Program-made: the position numbers and the translations under genes | Assembly: GCA_051294905.1 (NCBI GenBank) | Contig: CM119372.1 | Span: forward strand, 22,632,001 to 22,696,000 | Reading direction: 5' to 3' | Origin: Botryllus schlosseri | Lineage: Eukaryota | Length of the DNA: 64,000 nt | The notes under the pieces: model-generated | Seen by the model: only the letters and a program-made list of their open reading frames with translations | The model's database searches: none | Told to the model about the DNA's origin: nothing | In this document: in pieces, positions 50,508 to 64,000 of the stretch | Layout: the number at the start of each line of letters is the position of its first letter | Position numbering within the stretch: position 1 is the first letter of the stretch

Positions 50508-51240
50508 TGGTCATGAACTATGCACATGGTTTCTTGTAATCATGATATTCTCTCTTTCTGTTCTGGCCGTCGTGCAGGACGGTCGTGGGACCGTCGGGCG
50601 TCGGCTTAATGACGTATTATGTAGTTGTGTCGATGGATGTTGCAGTTCGCTTTTGAAGCTCCGTATAAAGCATTTCCAAGCTGAAGACCGGGCCGTTACA
50701 TCTGTATCTGAATGATCGAGCGGATCATTTGGTCTTTAGACTGGGAAAATGATCTAGTTTTTTGTCTACACATAGATTTCCAGTTCAAATTTAAGACTTC
50801 GGCAATTTTCTAGTCCAGTACTTTTATGATTTGTGAAAAGTGTACCTACTCCTTCCCGGATTCTATAACATGGTAACCCTAGATAATAATCGGTCTTACA
50901 GCTACCAAAACTTCAGTGTTTGTCAGATAACAACTGCTGTTGTTGAACGTTCTTACTCCATTCATGGCAAGCCCCTTAGTAAGGACAGACACTTACTACC
51001 CGTGAATGTAGGAAAGTATCTTTCGTTGTCCTACAACAAATTTTAATTATTTCTGCCATAATATGTTAAGCAACTACTGGAATACTTCATAGGGCCAGAT
51101 TAGCCTTCGTTAAAATATTAGTTTTTTCATGTGAAAATTTGTCAGTTTTTAAGCCTAAAACGATTTTTCAGGCCAATCTACTTCGTAGGGACAGGCAGTT
51201 CTATCCAGAAATGAAAATTAGTACAATTTTAACATTATGT

Positions 51241-51719
51241 CAGGGTTGTAACCAAGTCACAAGGCTCCGAGTCACAAGTCAGTCTCACATTTATAGTTTT
51301 GACTCGAGTCAAGTCAAGTCATTTTCAATTCACCACCGAGTCAAGTCCGAGTCCAAGTCAGCGCGCAGAGGGTCGAGTCCGAGTCATGGTATTATGACTC
51401 GAGTCCAAGTCATTGTGTTGACTGCTCAGTATCCAGGTAAAGTCTTGTTAAACCCACTTTTTATACCTCTGTTTGGTGATATCGAATGGTTCGATTTTAT
51501 AATATACTAATTTTCCTCACTTTTAGCAGTTTCTGGTCGCATTTTCAGGTAAAAAAGTCGGCCTTTGTCTCGAGTCATATGACTTGGTTCGAGTCATGCG
51601 CAATGACTCGAGTCCAAGTCGAGTCAATACACAAATTGGCGCGAGTCGAGTCATTTCCGTATTTAGAGAAAATGACTCGAGTCATCAGAAAATCGTCATT
51701 ACAAGTCATTACAACCCTG
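51241..51719 (+). mobile_element. GACTCGAGTC-family MITE
   Basis: TIR CAGGGTTGTAA; TSD CATTATGT/CATTATAT. Confidence 0.83.
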
Positions 51720-52057
51720 CATTATATGCGAAAACACTTAATTTGCTTACGTGAGGTCAAAATTTGATCAAAATCAAGTTTTTTCAAGTTAAAAATGTCA
51801 GAATTTTGATGTTTTAAGCCAAAATCTTCCATTTTTAGGTAACAAATGCATCGCCCTACTGATGTGACACTTCAATGCCAGCACTGATGCACTCGCTATC
51901 AAGTCATAAAGTCGAATTTAATCCGGAGCTATTATTCAACTGTAACTGCAGCAATAGCGATATGAGCTCTCTACCAAATGCCCAACGGTTTGAAATTTGA
52001 TGTTGGTGCTCTCGTTGCCATTAGTGCCACTGAAAATCTGGTGCTGCATCGCTCGTC

Positions 52058-52452
52058 GCTCTATCAAATATGCCTGACCTGATTTGTGGAACAGTATCTC
52101 GCCAGCTATCCCTCAGTCATCGAACATGTCCATGTCCGCATTCAAATACGAAATACACACAATTCCTACTGAATCAATACTAGTTAGCCCTCTAGTTTAC
52201 CGGACCACGATCTGACATATCGATCTCGCCTTCAGACACATGCCACCTTTTTGCCACCTGTCTTTTATATTATCTTTTTTTACTTTTCATTCAGTGTGCA
52301 AGTGCATGCCTCCGTTTTTACATTGCTTAGGCCAGGTGGGTGTCAGATTCCGAAGACTTCTCCAAGTCGTTTCGACACCTTCCTATCTTTCATTATATCG
52401 CAGTCTTATGGTGTATTGAAATGATGGAATTTTTAGCAATATATTGAATTGC
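52058..52452 (+). mobile_element. Degenerate LINE 3' end, same family as 44266
   Basis: Shared TGTGGAACAG...AATACTAG...ACCGGACCA...TATCGATCTC...CAGTGTGCA...GGTGGGTGTC blocks. Confidence 0.7.
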
Positions 52453-53249
52453 AAAACTATTTGACAACTTACCGTAATTAAACCTTCAACGCATTGCACT
52501 TTACAAGAACACAATGCACCGTGTCAGTAACAAATTGAAGTACATGCTCAAAAGTGACTTTGCGCGACAATTCAATATTACGAGTGTATCAAGCAGACAG
52601 CATAATGAATACACAAAACTGATGATTACTAACTGGAATGCGCTTATCCAACCACTAATTGTAATTATATATCCAACAGAAGACATCCGGACATCGCATT
52701 GACTAGCTTGCTGTATACTGGCAATAGTGGCGTTGTGGCCACTATCCATACACAATAACACACTGTCCACTTTCGTGCTACGATTAAAAAACTATCACCA
52801 AAGAACGTTCATTTGATCGTCTAATTCAGAGAGGAGATGGTGTTTCGCGGCTTGTGCGCCTCCAAATGTGCTGTGCAGAAAGCTCACGCTTTCATTCTCT
52901 GACGTCGCTTATATATTCGTCTGATTACTAATTAGTTGAATTGCTCAGCTCTCATAAGCATCAGTCCCATTTTGTGAAATGCACAGTGATCACTTATCAT
53001 TCATTTTCGAACCGCACAATTGGCCTTCGGCGTTGTGCTGAAGACGAAATTGCGGGCGTGACGAACGCATGCAGGCCATAATACAGTGATTGCGAAGTAA
53101 GCCGCGGTATATATAGCCTACCCAGGTTTGGCGCCTATATGTATCAAGCTATGAACTGAACAATAAACTCGGTTAGAAAAAGTGGCGACAACGAGGCAAC
53201 AATTCATAATATTGTGAACGATTGCGGGATGACCGTCAAATTATGTGAA

Positions 53250-53361
53250 TTCAGCCCATAGTAGGAGCATAGCATATCTTATATGGCACGGGAGCTACAA
53301 TACTACAGTATTGTAGCTCCCGTGCCATATAAGATATGCTATGCTCCTACTATGGACTGAA
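53250..53361. repeat. Near-perfect palindrome (arms about 55 bp, 2-nt centre)
   Basis: TTCAGCCCATAGTAGGAGC...AATACT AC AGTATT...GCTCCTACTATGGACTGAA, one mismatch. Confidence 0.92.
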
Positions 53362-53656
53362 ATGTACATTTCAAAAACTACTATGGGCTGAAATGTACAT
53401 TTCAAAAAACCGGCTCCAGCTCCGGCTCCGGCTGCAGTTGAATTTTAAGCCGAGCTCCGGCTCTAGCTCCGCTGAAAATGCATGGCTCCTGGGCTCCGGC
53501 TCCGGTTCCAAAAGACCGGGCACAGATGACAAGCGATTATCCAGCGCCGGTCATATCTGTAGGCGCCTATAGACAATAAACATTCAGAGCATTGAGACTC
53601 ATGAGCATTGAGACCCAGTTCTCGGAATGCAGACAACGAAAAGACTACATGGCCAC

Positions 53657-54598
53657 CAGAGGTGGTCAGTAACGAAGTACCTCTACTTTTTCGAAGTACG
53701 CAAGTAGTTTTCCTCTACTTCTGGTACTTACTCAAGTAGATCTTTTTTTAGCTACGTGTACTTCTACTTCGCAATATTTTGTGAACTGCTTACTTACTTT
53801 TAGCTATTATCAGTTTGTCAAGTAGAAGTAGTTTAATCCCCCAATAGATAGGCTAAGAAATTTCGGGGCTGTTTTCACGCAGTATCAACATTTAATGTTC
53901 ATGAAAGTTAGCCTACTACCCAGAATTCTCGTTGCGCTTCGCGCACAATAGATATATATGGACTGACAAATATGGTTGAACGAAAGTATCGCTGAATAGA
54001 ATTTAGATATCGGGTTGCGCGGTTCCGTTCACACCGACCGCATTGTCGCCTAGATCAAATATTTCATCACAGTAAGTATGGCCCCGCATAACGTTTGAAA
54101 CTACCGTTTCGCAATCTAGCAATCACCTATTATACCTAGCAGCCCATGACGTGTCTTGATCTGTAAATGAGGACTTTGACTGTGGCCTTATAATATGAGG
54201 GAGGGCGCCATGTCATGATATTCTCTAAAACGGGGTGTTCGAGTATAAACAAAGGATTATAGTATAACATTTCCATATCATTTACATCCCATGATGAGGA
54301 AGACTGCTTATTCTGTCAAAAATTGACAATTCCTGTGATGCATCAATATGAATCAAGCTCTCTACACCTTCCGCATAGCTCCATTTGCAGCTTTTGACAG
54401 TCAATGCGAACGAATTACGAACGTTTTCGCAACTAATTACTTACTTGAGTAGATTTAAAGTCGGTCAATTCTACTTCTAATTCAAGTAGTTTTAGGTGAC
54501 TTATGAAATAAGTACTTCTACTCGTACTTAAGTAGATTTTTTCGTCGCTACAGCTACTTCTACTTGAGTAGCTTACTTGACTACTTTGACCACCTCTG
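53657..54598 (+). mobile_element. CAGAGGTGGTC-family hAT-like element
   Basis: TIRs; TSD ATGGCCAC/ATGGGCAC. Confidence 0.85.
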
Positions 54599-55714
54599 AT
54601 GGGCACATATCCACCGTCGCTGGATATATCAATCCAAAGATTCGCCGTAAATTCAGATTTCAATACTCGACCTTTCGGTTTCGACCCCAGGATTTTCATT
54701 TGCCTTTCATGGACCCCTTGGAAAGGTAGTCCGCAACCCCTCCCCCACCGAAAGGGTTCATGGACCTAAATTTAGGAATTTTCCGTTGTACACTTGTTTT
54801 GAACAACTTCTTGGAGGTACAGAACCTCAGTATACAATTGAATCGAATAACAAAATATGACGTCACCAACATGAAATGTCGAATACGAGAGCGTTCACAA
54901 ACTCCGTTTATTGACACAGTCTTGGCTGGTGTATTTTGATAAAAGTCGACTCCAAGGCACACAAATGAAAGTGTGAACGGCCCCGTTCGATGACGCGAAA
55001 TCTGCCGTCTCCATAATTTTTCGCACAGGCGGGACACTTCATACCTTCATACCTTTATATAGCTCAGTGCTTCATACCAACTCTTGTTGACATTTCATCA
55101 AACATTTTCATAAAAATCTATATTTTCAAAAAGCCTTATTTTTGTAATTTTCAAAATTTTAGTTTGACAGTTTTGGCAATTTGGTTCCGGAAATGCCAAA
55201 AATAGCCTGCAGCCTGCTGTGAAGTGTGAGCCTGTCAGCCTGGTGAGGTCTCTTATAATGTTTACCACAAGGTTTTTGATGTTCTATGCCTGGATGACGG
55301 TAACGCTCCAATGATTTTCGACCCGGAGGGGAAGCAAGCAAGGCGTCTACGAACAGGGCGGAGCTGTGGGTGGTTTGCGTACTTGAGCGTATTATGCTGG
55401 CGTGCCGACTACTTATGTTGTTTATTGCAGCATTTAGTGTATATTCGATGAATTCTTCACTCAGCAACTGACTTTGCATGTTTTTATTGTTTTTTTTTCA
55501 CTTGAAAGGAACAATTTACCGTCTGTTTAGTATATAGATATTATAGTATAATATACCTACGAATGTACGATCATATACGGTACCCGTACCGTTTGTCTGT
55601 TATGGTTGATATAGTGAGTTGAGTATCATTTTTATAATATTGCTGTTTTGTTGTGAAGCATGTCATGAGAACCTATGTAACAATAACCCATGACATAGAA
55701 TTCTATTGTAAATT

Positions 55715-56034
55715 CAAATGAACAACAAGCAATTACTACTAAATAAATACAGTCCATCCTCAAGATTACCGGACCACGACTGACCTATCGATCTCGCTTC
55801 CCATGACATGCCGCCCTATTTCTTGTCGCTTGAACCTTTTCTATACTATCTTCTTCACTTTCATTCAGTGTGCATGCCTAGTCTTTACATCGCCTAGGCC
55901 AAGGTGGGTGTCCGATTCCATAGACAACTCCTGGTCGCTTCGACATCTTCCTTTCTTTTCATTGTATCGCATTTTTTGTGGTGTATTGAACTGATAAAAT
56001 TGCTAATAAACCAATGATGAATGATGATGATGAT
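55715..56034 (+). mobile_element. LINE 3' end, same family, with AATAAA and (TGA)n tail
   Basis: High similarity to 44340-44662. Confidence 0.75.
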
Positions 56035-57801
56035 GTATATGCAGCTGCGTCATTCGGTCATTGTGGATTACTGTATTCAGTGTATTGGAGAGAGGAAGAT
56101 TCATGTTGAACAATATTCATCTTGCGCACTGCTGGATATTATTTAAGCTGTTTAACAATTCACTATGATGAAAAATGCTGAGTATAACATGAAATTTGTA
56201 AATCGTAATTGTAGCATAGCATGCACTTGTTTTTTTTACCAAACCTAGAATATAACAATGATCTGGTATTCAGTCGTGGCTATCCTTCTTACCGTGGCTA
56301 ATAAAAATATTTGTAGCCTATTTTGGAAATACTTTATTACTGAACAAAGCAATAATCTTTTTTCCTTTTATAATGAGAATTTATCTGGAGTTTTGCTTGC
56401 GAGACTCTAATGAAACCGTTGCAGGTGATTGCATAAAGTTGTTATACCCACCCTAAAGTAGGGAAGTTGCAATTGCATTCTCTATAGTAGTAGCTCAGGA
56501 AATAGAGTGGTGTTGAGCCGAGTTTATGACATAGTTACTAGTTCGGCAGTTGTGTATCTCTTTCAGAATTGTTTTACCAAACTTCTCATAATGAGATATG
56601 TAAACGTCATATACATGCAGCAACTTGAATTTAGTTTTGCAGTACAACATTGATTCCGTTATAGTCACAATGTGGAAGCAGGTGGAGTCAAAACTACTTG
56701 AACAGATAATATAATTTGATGAGTTTGAAAAGAAATTCGATTCGAAATTAAAATTTTATATATTTACGACTTCGAAACAGATTTCAACATTAAAATATGC
56801 TAGTCATCGATAACCGTTATAAGCTATAGAATTCCTAATATGGTGCCAAAAACTTGCGCTATTTCAAACAATGAGCCTATCCTGTGATTGCAATGAAAAC
56901 TTTTGTAATAATGACACTAATAAAAAATTATGAATATTGGTAGTCAAATTTGATAATGAATCATGCTGCTTGTCCATTGTTATGCCATCGATGATTCAAC
57001 ATAAAGCCTATCATGCGTCTATTGGAATGAAATAATTTCATGTCAGCCATCTTTTAGATCTTGTGTATGCTTCTTGCCTTTTTGTGTGATTTTGGCCCCT
57101 CGAATATATACTTGCACAGTGACCTGTTTGATGTCCTCTACTTGATCACTCTGGTAGATGGGTCACCTGTTATATTCTGTAAAATGATAAACTGATACAG
57201 TATTGACAAGTCTACCAACGACATCCGCTACATGACATTTGATAGGCCTTGGAAAATTTGTTGTGGACTGATAATTGTCGTTGCACACTCGGTCTAGTAT
57301 GTCTTATAAAAGTGAAAGTTTAGCACTGCTGTGTCATATTTTTATCCATGACGTAATTTCCTGTCAAAACAGTACCGGTATGCTCTTTTGCCGTTATTTG
57401 ATGATAAAGGTACTGGTATCATCCTTTGGACTGTCCAAAAGATACAATAAGAGAATTGACAGCAATTTCCAAATATCCCTGTATTCTTTTCACATGTAAA
57501 TCGTGTCCATTTCATTTTTAGACTACGCTTGTATACTAAAACTTTTACAATTGAAGAGTATAGATGGATTTCCACATTTCAAGTGAGGAAATACAGGGTT
57601 TTTGATGTCTTGAACTCAAAATGGGCTTGTCCTTTGTGCTTGGCACTCGTATTCTGCACACTGACATTCGGAAATTACCATTTTACACAAGGAATACTAG
57701 AATATATATGCTATTTAATCTATTTTGTAGAAATCCAAGGCTACCGAGATAACTGATTAGATTTAGTTAAAGGAGTTCATACTTTTTTTATTGGCAAATG
57801 G

Positions 57802-58119
57802 CAGTGATTCCCAAACTGTGTGCCGCGGCTCATTAGTGTGCCTTTGCCACTACGGATTCTCAGGTGTGATACAAATATTTTGTTATGAATATTTTGAAAA
57901 AGGCCTGGAGACTAGCATAAACTTCTTCAGCAGATCAAAAATAAGTGCATGTGACAATGAAACCAAATATGTCACCGTAATGAATCAAGCAATCTTTACG
58001 CAGAAGAACGGCAAAATTGTGTTAAAATATGCGTTCCCTTGACTACGTGAACACTGAACATGAGTTCCATAGTATTTTTTTTTAGTGGGCCACGAGATGA
58101 GAAAGTTTGAGAACCGCTG
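57802..58119. mobile_element. hAT-like MITE
   Basis: CAGTGATTCCCAAACT...AGTTTGAGAACCGCTG; degenerate TSD GCAAATGG/GTCAATGG. Confidence 0.7.
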
Positions 58120-59149
58120 GTCAATGGTAATGGTTTACAATTCCTGTACATTTTAAAATGTTGCTTATAATATCATTCTTACAGGGTTTAAAATAATACT
58201 CTCTGCCTTCTCTCTATTTAAAAATATAGCCAGTGGTTTGGAATGTAGCTGAGCAATCAGTTTGTGTAATTATCTGTTTATTAGGGAAAAATGAGGATTT
58301 AGTCAATGATTTTATATGCTATTATAGTCAAGATTCAGATAATACAGTTTGGAAATTTTTCTAGTACGGTTCTCTCAAGCACCAAGGCGATGCTCTGCTT
58401 TTGTACCTTTCATATATAGTAGGCTACTTTCTGGCTTTGAAGTCATAATACAATTGATTTTGTCATACCGCTCAGGATATGAACCCTCTTCAATATATCA
58501 TGTTGTTAGTCACTCGTCAAGTTTCCTGAAGTGGTATATTGCCGATATGGAGAGTGCGGCCGAAGAATTAACACTTGCGTAGGCCTATAGCTCACTTTTA
58601 TTCGTATTTAAAGTCATACCAGTATGCCACCTGCAAGACAATAAGTAATTTGCCATTCAAGCTAGGAAATGCATTATGAATGTCTTTTTCACAAGAAGTA
58701 AACCAGTCAGGTGCAGTAGTTTACAACATTTCTTCGATAATATAGCAATGCTCTGTTTTCTAAAACGTGAAATGTGATAGGCTTACGAAATTGTGACACT
58801 TGTTTTAGTGAAAATTCCTCATTCTTGCAAATTTTTAAATTGGAAACCCATGATTTCAGATATAACTGTATTTTAAAGCTAGATGACTGTACCATACCTC
58901 ATATAAATAATGTTGAACGGCTGATCCCTACAGTGTTCGCGGGTAGATATAATTCAATAATGAAGGCTAGCCTTATAATGATGGATATAATTATAGGCGT
59001 GGATGAATTTGGAAAGGATAATGCTGTTGTACTTCCATCAGTTACGATACTTAAACCGTGATGTAGGCCGATTATTTATTTTTTTCAGGAATGGCACCTC
59101 CGTTTTGCACTTAACAGATGTCCTAGCTTGTAAGTGACTAGTCTATGAT

Positions 59150-62100
59150 ATGGCTCCCGATAAATCGCATTCCTCCAAAGCAGGGAGCTTGAAGGATCCG
59201 CAAGTAGCACGCTTGTTCTTTTCGGTGGATCCTGAAAAGCTTTATGACGATTTACGAGAGATTGGTCACGGAAGTTTTGGTGCTGTATATTATGTAAGTA
59301 GCGATTTCGAGCCTCTGATTGACTCAATTCACCCATTATATTTCTTTTTATAATTTCAGGCAAGAAATGTAGAAAACAATGAAGTCGTGGCAATTAAAAA
59401 GATGTCCTATTCCGGAAAACAATCCACTGAGGTAACGGAAGTTTCTAATATGTTGAAGTTAAATGTTGATATGGTAGGTATGAACTTGCCTCGCTTAAAG
59501 GTAGTTCGCCGCCGAAATTTTGTGTGAAGAAATATATATATAGTTACCAGTTTTGTGTGCATTTACATTGTTCTGCTGCACGGCTCGCAATTCCTTGTCT
59601 GTTTGAAAGTGGCACATTTTGCAATGGGGTTAGGACGCCTGCAGATTAGCTTTTCACTGTGAAGACCTTGGCAATGAGCATAAGTTGTACCCAATGTAGT
59701 CTACTTAAGTCGTAGCGTCCTTGATCTGGTATCTAGAAAAATTACCAAGTTGGTCAATAATCTGATCAATCCAATCAGAGATATAGGTAGGCGGGATTTT
59801 CCTGTTTGAACTAAATTAAAAGAGTACATCTAAAATATGTTTAGAGGTAATATGAAAACACACGATTCCGTATTGAATCAGGCATCCGAAGGACAAACGT
59901 TTGGAGGTCAATTTGTTTTGGTCATATCTTCGACGTAAATAAATATCTAGCTAAGACATGTGAACGCAATTACTATTTGCTAAATAACTATTCTGGGAAC
60001 GGTGCATGATAAGCTGCTTGATCTGTTGAGTGTGCTAACTGTTGTTGCTAACTTGCGGACGTAACAAATGTTATGCAACATGTTGGTCACTTCACTCTGT
60101 TTCTGTTATTGGTTACGATTTCGACAATTTGTAATCAACCCTTTGGTCTATGAGGTGATGAAAGTTTGAGTGAGCAGCAGCAGGAATATTTCCAGCAATC
60201 AATGATACCCAATGTCATCCCTTCGTTCAAGTTATTGGTCATTCACAAGTAACTGCACCTCACATTTGATTTTGGTAAAAATTTTGGTAGGAATTGGCCT
60301 GTCCGTAAAACGAAAGCCTAGAAAGCAGGATGCTTGCATTGCATAGGGACTAGTGTAATGTTATACTTGAAGTGATTTCAACTGATTTTTGCGTTTGGCC
60401 TGAGTCTCGTAATTTTTCCCAAATTCTCATATATCAAGTGTGATTAAGACAACCATGTTGATTGTTCCTTATTATATCCCTGCAGAGTCCCGATCTGTAC
60501 CAATGGATTAGTCACTTCATTCATAACACATCCTGTATTCGTCGTATTGAAATTGAGTCATTTCTGCATCATATTCCCAGTCCCATTTATTTAAGAGCAC
60601 CTTGGGTTTTGAAAGACAGTCGAATGAGATTCTAGCAGTAATGCCAATGCCAACTCATCAACCATGACTATTTTGCAACCTTGCAGAAATGGCAAGATAT
60701 TGTCAAAGAAGTAAAGTTTTTAACTCGGATTCAACATCCTAACATAGTAGACTACAAAGGCTGCTATTTAAAAGAACACACTGCATGGGTATGTATATCT
60801 TTGTGGCATTATGTGTTTGTATTGCACAAATTAGCGGACCTGTATTTTGTTTTACAGCTTGTTATGGAGTATTGCATCGGATCTGCCTCTGATTTAGTAG
60901 AAGTTCACAAAACCTCCTTGAAGGAGCCAGAGATCGCGAGCATTATACATGATTCTATGCAGGTGATTGCATCCTGATAACTTAGTGAAATTCGATTTGC
61001 ACGAATTGATATCAGACTAAAAACTTGCTATCAGCTGCCTGTTGTCAATATTACCAACCATACAATAATACATCTCATCCCACCACACACACATCTGTCA
61101 GTTGTTTTGACACTGTACTGTGTCATAGTCTTTCAGCGGTCGTGATATAAAAAACCAGAAGATCAGCACTCTGTAATATGTGAAGGTTCGGGGACTTGGA
61201 TGTAAATACAGCTGGGGGACTGCTCAGCTTAATATGATATTTACTCAGGAAAGGTTATTTTTCGCAGCTAGATGTTTAACTGCTGTATAGCTCTGGAACG
61301 ACATTTTTATCGTTGCGGACCCATTTTGAACCGCCACGGGCCCTACGGACCCCCTCAAGTTTTCTTTCAAAATTGACTCAATTATCGTGCAACCGTCATC
61401 TGTCTCGTGCAAACATTGATTGTAGGCCAGTGATAAACAGCCACAAAATGACTTTTCTTGAAAATAGCATCACGATCACGCTATTGTAAAAATTGGGTAG
61501 AGACTTGTATTATTTCGACAAGAAATTTGCAGCTGTATTTATTGTCTTGAAAATCTGTGACTTCGATTGGATATGAACGAGTGCCAAAATCCAATTTCAC
61601 AAAGATATATTGATGGCGAATGTAATATTACCGCTTTCGACGACAGCTTTTCGTGAGTGTTTTTTAATGAACATATCACGTCCGGCCCAGTCATTTCTAT
61701 CTAACATCTCATCTTGGAGTTATTCAGTGGTTATATCACAGGAGAAAATAGATTTCATGGTGGGGTTTCAATTCCTCCCTTGGGACAGACTAGGGAAAAA
61801 ATTCAGGAATTTATTTTTCAAACGACCGTTTGCTAATTTGCATATACTGACAACTCCAGGTCCAAAATGATATCTCTAACATTTCATTTTCCGCAAACCC
61901 CATCGAAACATCTCTAAGCAGCAATACGTTTGCATCGGAAGGCTATTGGTAATTTGACAGTTAAAATGAGTTTGCGTAGTCGGATTGTTTCATCTCGGAC
62001 GACCATTTTAATGATGTGAGTCCTAAAGTATTAGCAATTATGAAGCGAAACTGTGTCATGTTTTTCCTAATAAAAAAATTAGATGATCAATCACTTTACA

Positions 62101-63846
62101 AATTTTGCGGACCCCCTGAAAATGCTTCGCGGACCCCCCGGTTGAGAACCACTGCTCTAGAAACTAGCAGTTTTCTGCAGTTTTCCTTTCTGGAAGGTTT
62201 TGATGCGACTCGCTGTCTGTTTATGGATTAGAAAATATTGTGAAAGTGATAAAAACTATTTTTGACATTATAATAACTACCGAGTTATGTAGCTCATATG
62301 TCCAAAAAACTATATTATTGGGACCGTGCCTTCTCTCCTTTTTAGCGCTTCAATTGACAGTTGAGGATATTTTCGAAATCGTGTGAAATTTCTACGTTGG
62401 TTATGCCGGCTCATATGCGCTATATCGTCACCCGCTAAACACATTGGTGTATGTTAGACTTGAAAGAGACTGCTTAACTCTCCCCATTCTTTTTAGTCTA
62501 GAATCTAGGTCAGTGATTCCCAACCTCGGCTGCAATCTAACCTTCTTGTGGCTCTGATTGACCTCTGAATATGCAACAAAAATCTCATAGTCCGTTGTTT
62601 GTTTCTATGAATAGTCAATTTCTGTATATGAATGCTAAGATAGGGGATATTAATTAGGACTAGAGCCGCCCAATGCCGCTTCTGAAAATGGGGAGAGCAT
62701 TCTAGCATACTGGCGTCAAACGTATGGATGAATACCCGTCAGACAATGAAATATCTTGAGTTCTGGTGGTCATATACCTTTATAGATCGTCTCTGTCAAG
62801 AGTAAATTTCGACACAATTTTACTGGCATCAAAGCAACGGCTCATAGTCCAGTATATATTGCAATATTACCAATATTACTCAGCATATAATCCCCCTCAA
62901 ACTTGTGCATTAAGTGTTGGAATTGGAATGTATAAAGAGCTTTCATATAACGACACATACATAGTATGCTATTGTAATGATATGCATTTTCAGTTTATTT
63001 CAATGTATAGCACTCGCCAATCTGCGTCTATCAATGCTAAAACAACCGATACATAATATATATATAAGTCTATGCGTATAGTGCATGCTTTTGAATTAGC
63101 TGGATGGTGAGATCCAGCGGTAGTTTAGCTACCTTTAAATTTTCGTTCTACGTAGCCTACTAGAGTGTTTTCATGCGGCTCCGTCATCCAAAAAGGTTGA
63201 GAATCACTGAACTAGTTCATACTTTACGTGCCTCAACTCGATAATTGTGTTCTCTGTAGTTGAGGATTTGTGATGTAATTGCATGCGAACTTTTCACACA
63301 AATTGATTAATGCCCAGTACAATATCTCTCTGCAGGGCCTTCATTATCTACACCAGCACGATAAGATTCATCGCGACATCAAAGCCGGCAACATTTTATT
63401 GACCGATTCCGGTTACGTGAAGCTTGCCGACTTTGGATCCGCGTCGGTATGCTCGCCCGCCAATTCGTTCGTCGGCACTCCATATTGGTGAGATCTCGAT
63501 GGCGTGCTCGTTAGCTTTCGTTGCGCTGATGCTCAACATCTGTTCCAGGATGGCCCCCGAAGTTATACTTGCCATGGACGAGGGACAGTACGACGGCAAA
63601 GCCGATATTTGGTCGATGGGCATTGTATGTATTGAACTTGCCGAACGGAAACCGCCGTTATTTAATATGAACGCCATGTCGGCGTTGTATCATATCGCGC
63701 AAAACGACCCACCCACATTATCCGAAAACTTGTCCGACGGCGATAAGAAGATACCGACGAATTGGACACAAGCCTTTAAAGATTTTGTCGCACTGTTGCT
63801 TCATAAGGTCCCGGAGGACCGGCCAAACTCCAAGACTGTTTTAGAG
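59150..63846 (+). CDS. TAOK: TAO-family STE20 serine/threonine kinase, N-terminal kinase domain (gene continues beyond window)
   Basis: Exons 59150-59293, 59360-59431, 60687-60788, 60858-60962, 63336-63487, 63549-63846. Motifs [109 protein letters not shown]. Confidence 0.95.
62511..63209. mobile_element. hAT-like element in TAO intron
   Basis: CAGTGATTCCCAACCT...AGGTTGAGAATCACTG termini. Confidence 0.68.
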
Positions 63847-64000
63847 GTGAGTCTTGCACAAACTACTGAATTTACAAAACGCAGAACTAGAACTGCTCAG
63901 TTTTCAAAATCCGCAACTGGAACTAGGTCTACTCCATTTTCAAAATACGTAACTAGCACTTGAACTACACACACACTATACTACTATACTACTATACACA

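Noticed and set aside
52463..52485. Minus-strand GGTTTAATTACGGTAAGTTG resembling the nematode SL1 leader
   Set aside because: Only the first 11 nt match, with no full 22-nt leader or clear Sm site. More likely chance or an ordinary GTAAGT donor.
53150..53200. Possible LTR end plus PBS (AATAAA...AGTGGCGACAACGAGG)
   Set aside because: No CA terminus, partner LTR or downstream gag; too weak to call.

Overview
Eukaryotic (invertebrate animal-like) genomic DNA with GT-AG introns and a very heavy load of transposon relics. Three host genes are recognisable: a TLC-domain membrane protein (minus, 12786-17165), the U5 snRNP WD40 protein SNRNP40 (minus, 34957-38412) and the 5' part of a TAO-family STE20 kinase (plus, from 59150 to beyond the window end). 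A fourth, unrecognised multi-exon gene model lies on the plus strand (about 2043-12326). The most striking structure is a 6.1 kb Merlin (IS1595/ISXO2-type DDE) DNA transposon at 18543-24652. It has a perfect 8-bp TSD and unusually long (about 1.8-1.9 kb) terminal inverted repeats; each arm carries a TTAGGG-like G-rich minisatellite followed by an inward-facing tRNA-like Pol III cassette, and the central transposase has two frameshifts. Also present are a rearranged Ty3/Gypsy LTR element whose 3' end is fused in inverted orientation into an RT, 5'-truncated LINE 3' ends, many hAT-like MITE families with 8-bp TSDs (often multiply nested), and two foldback junctions. Everything was read by eye; no database searches were run.
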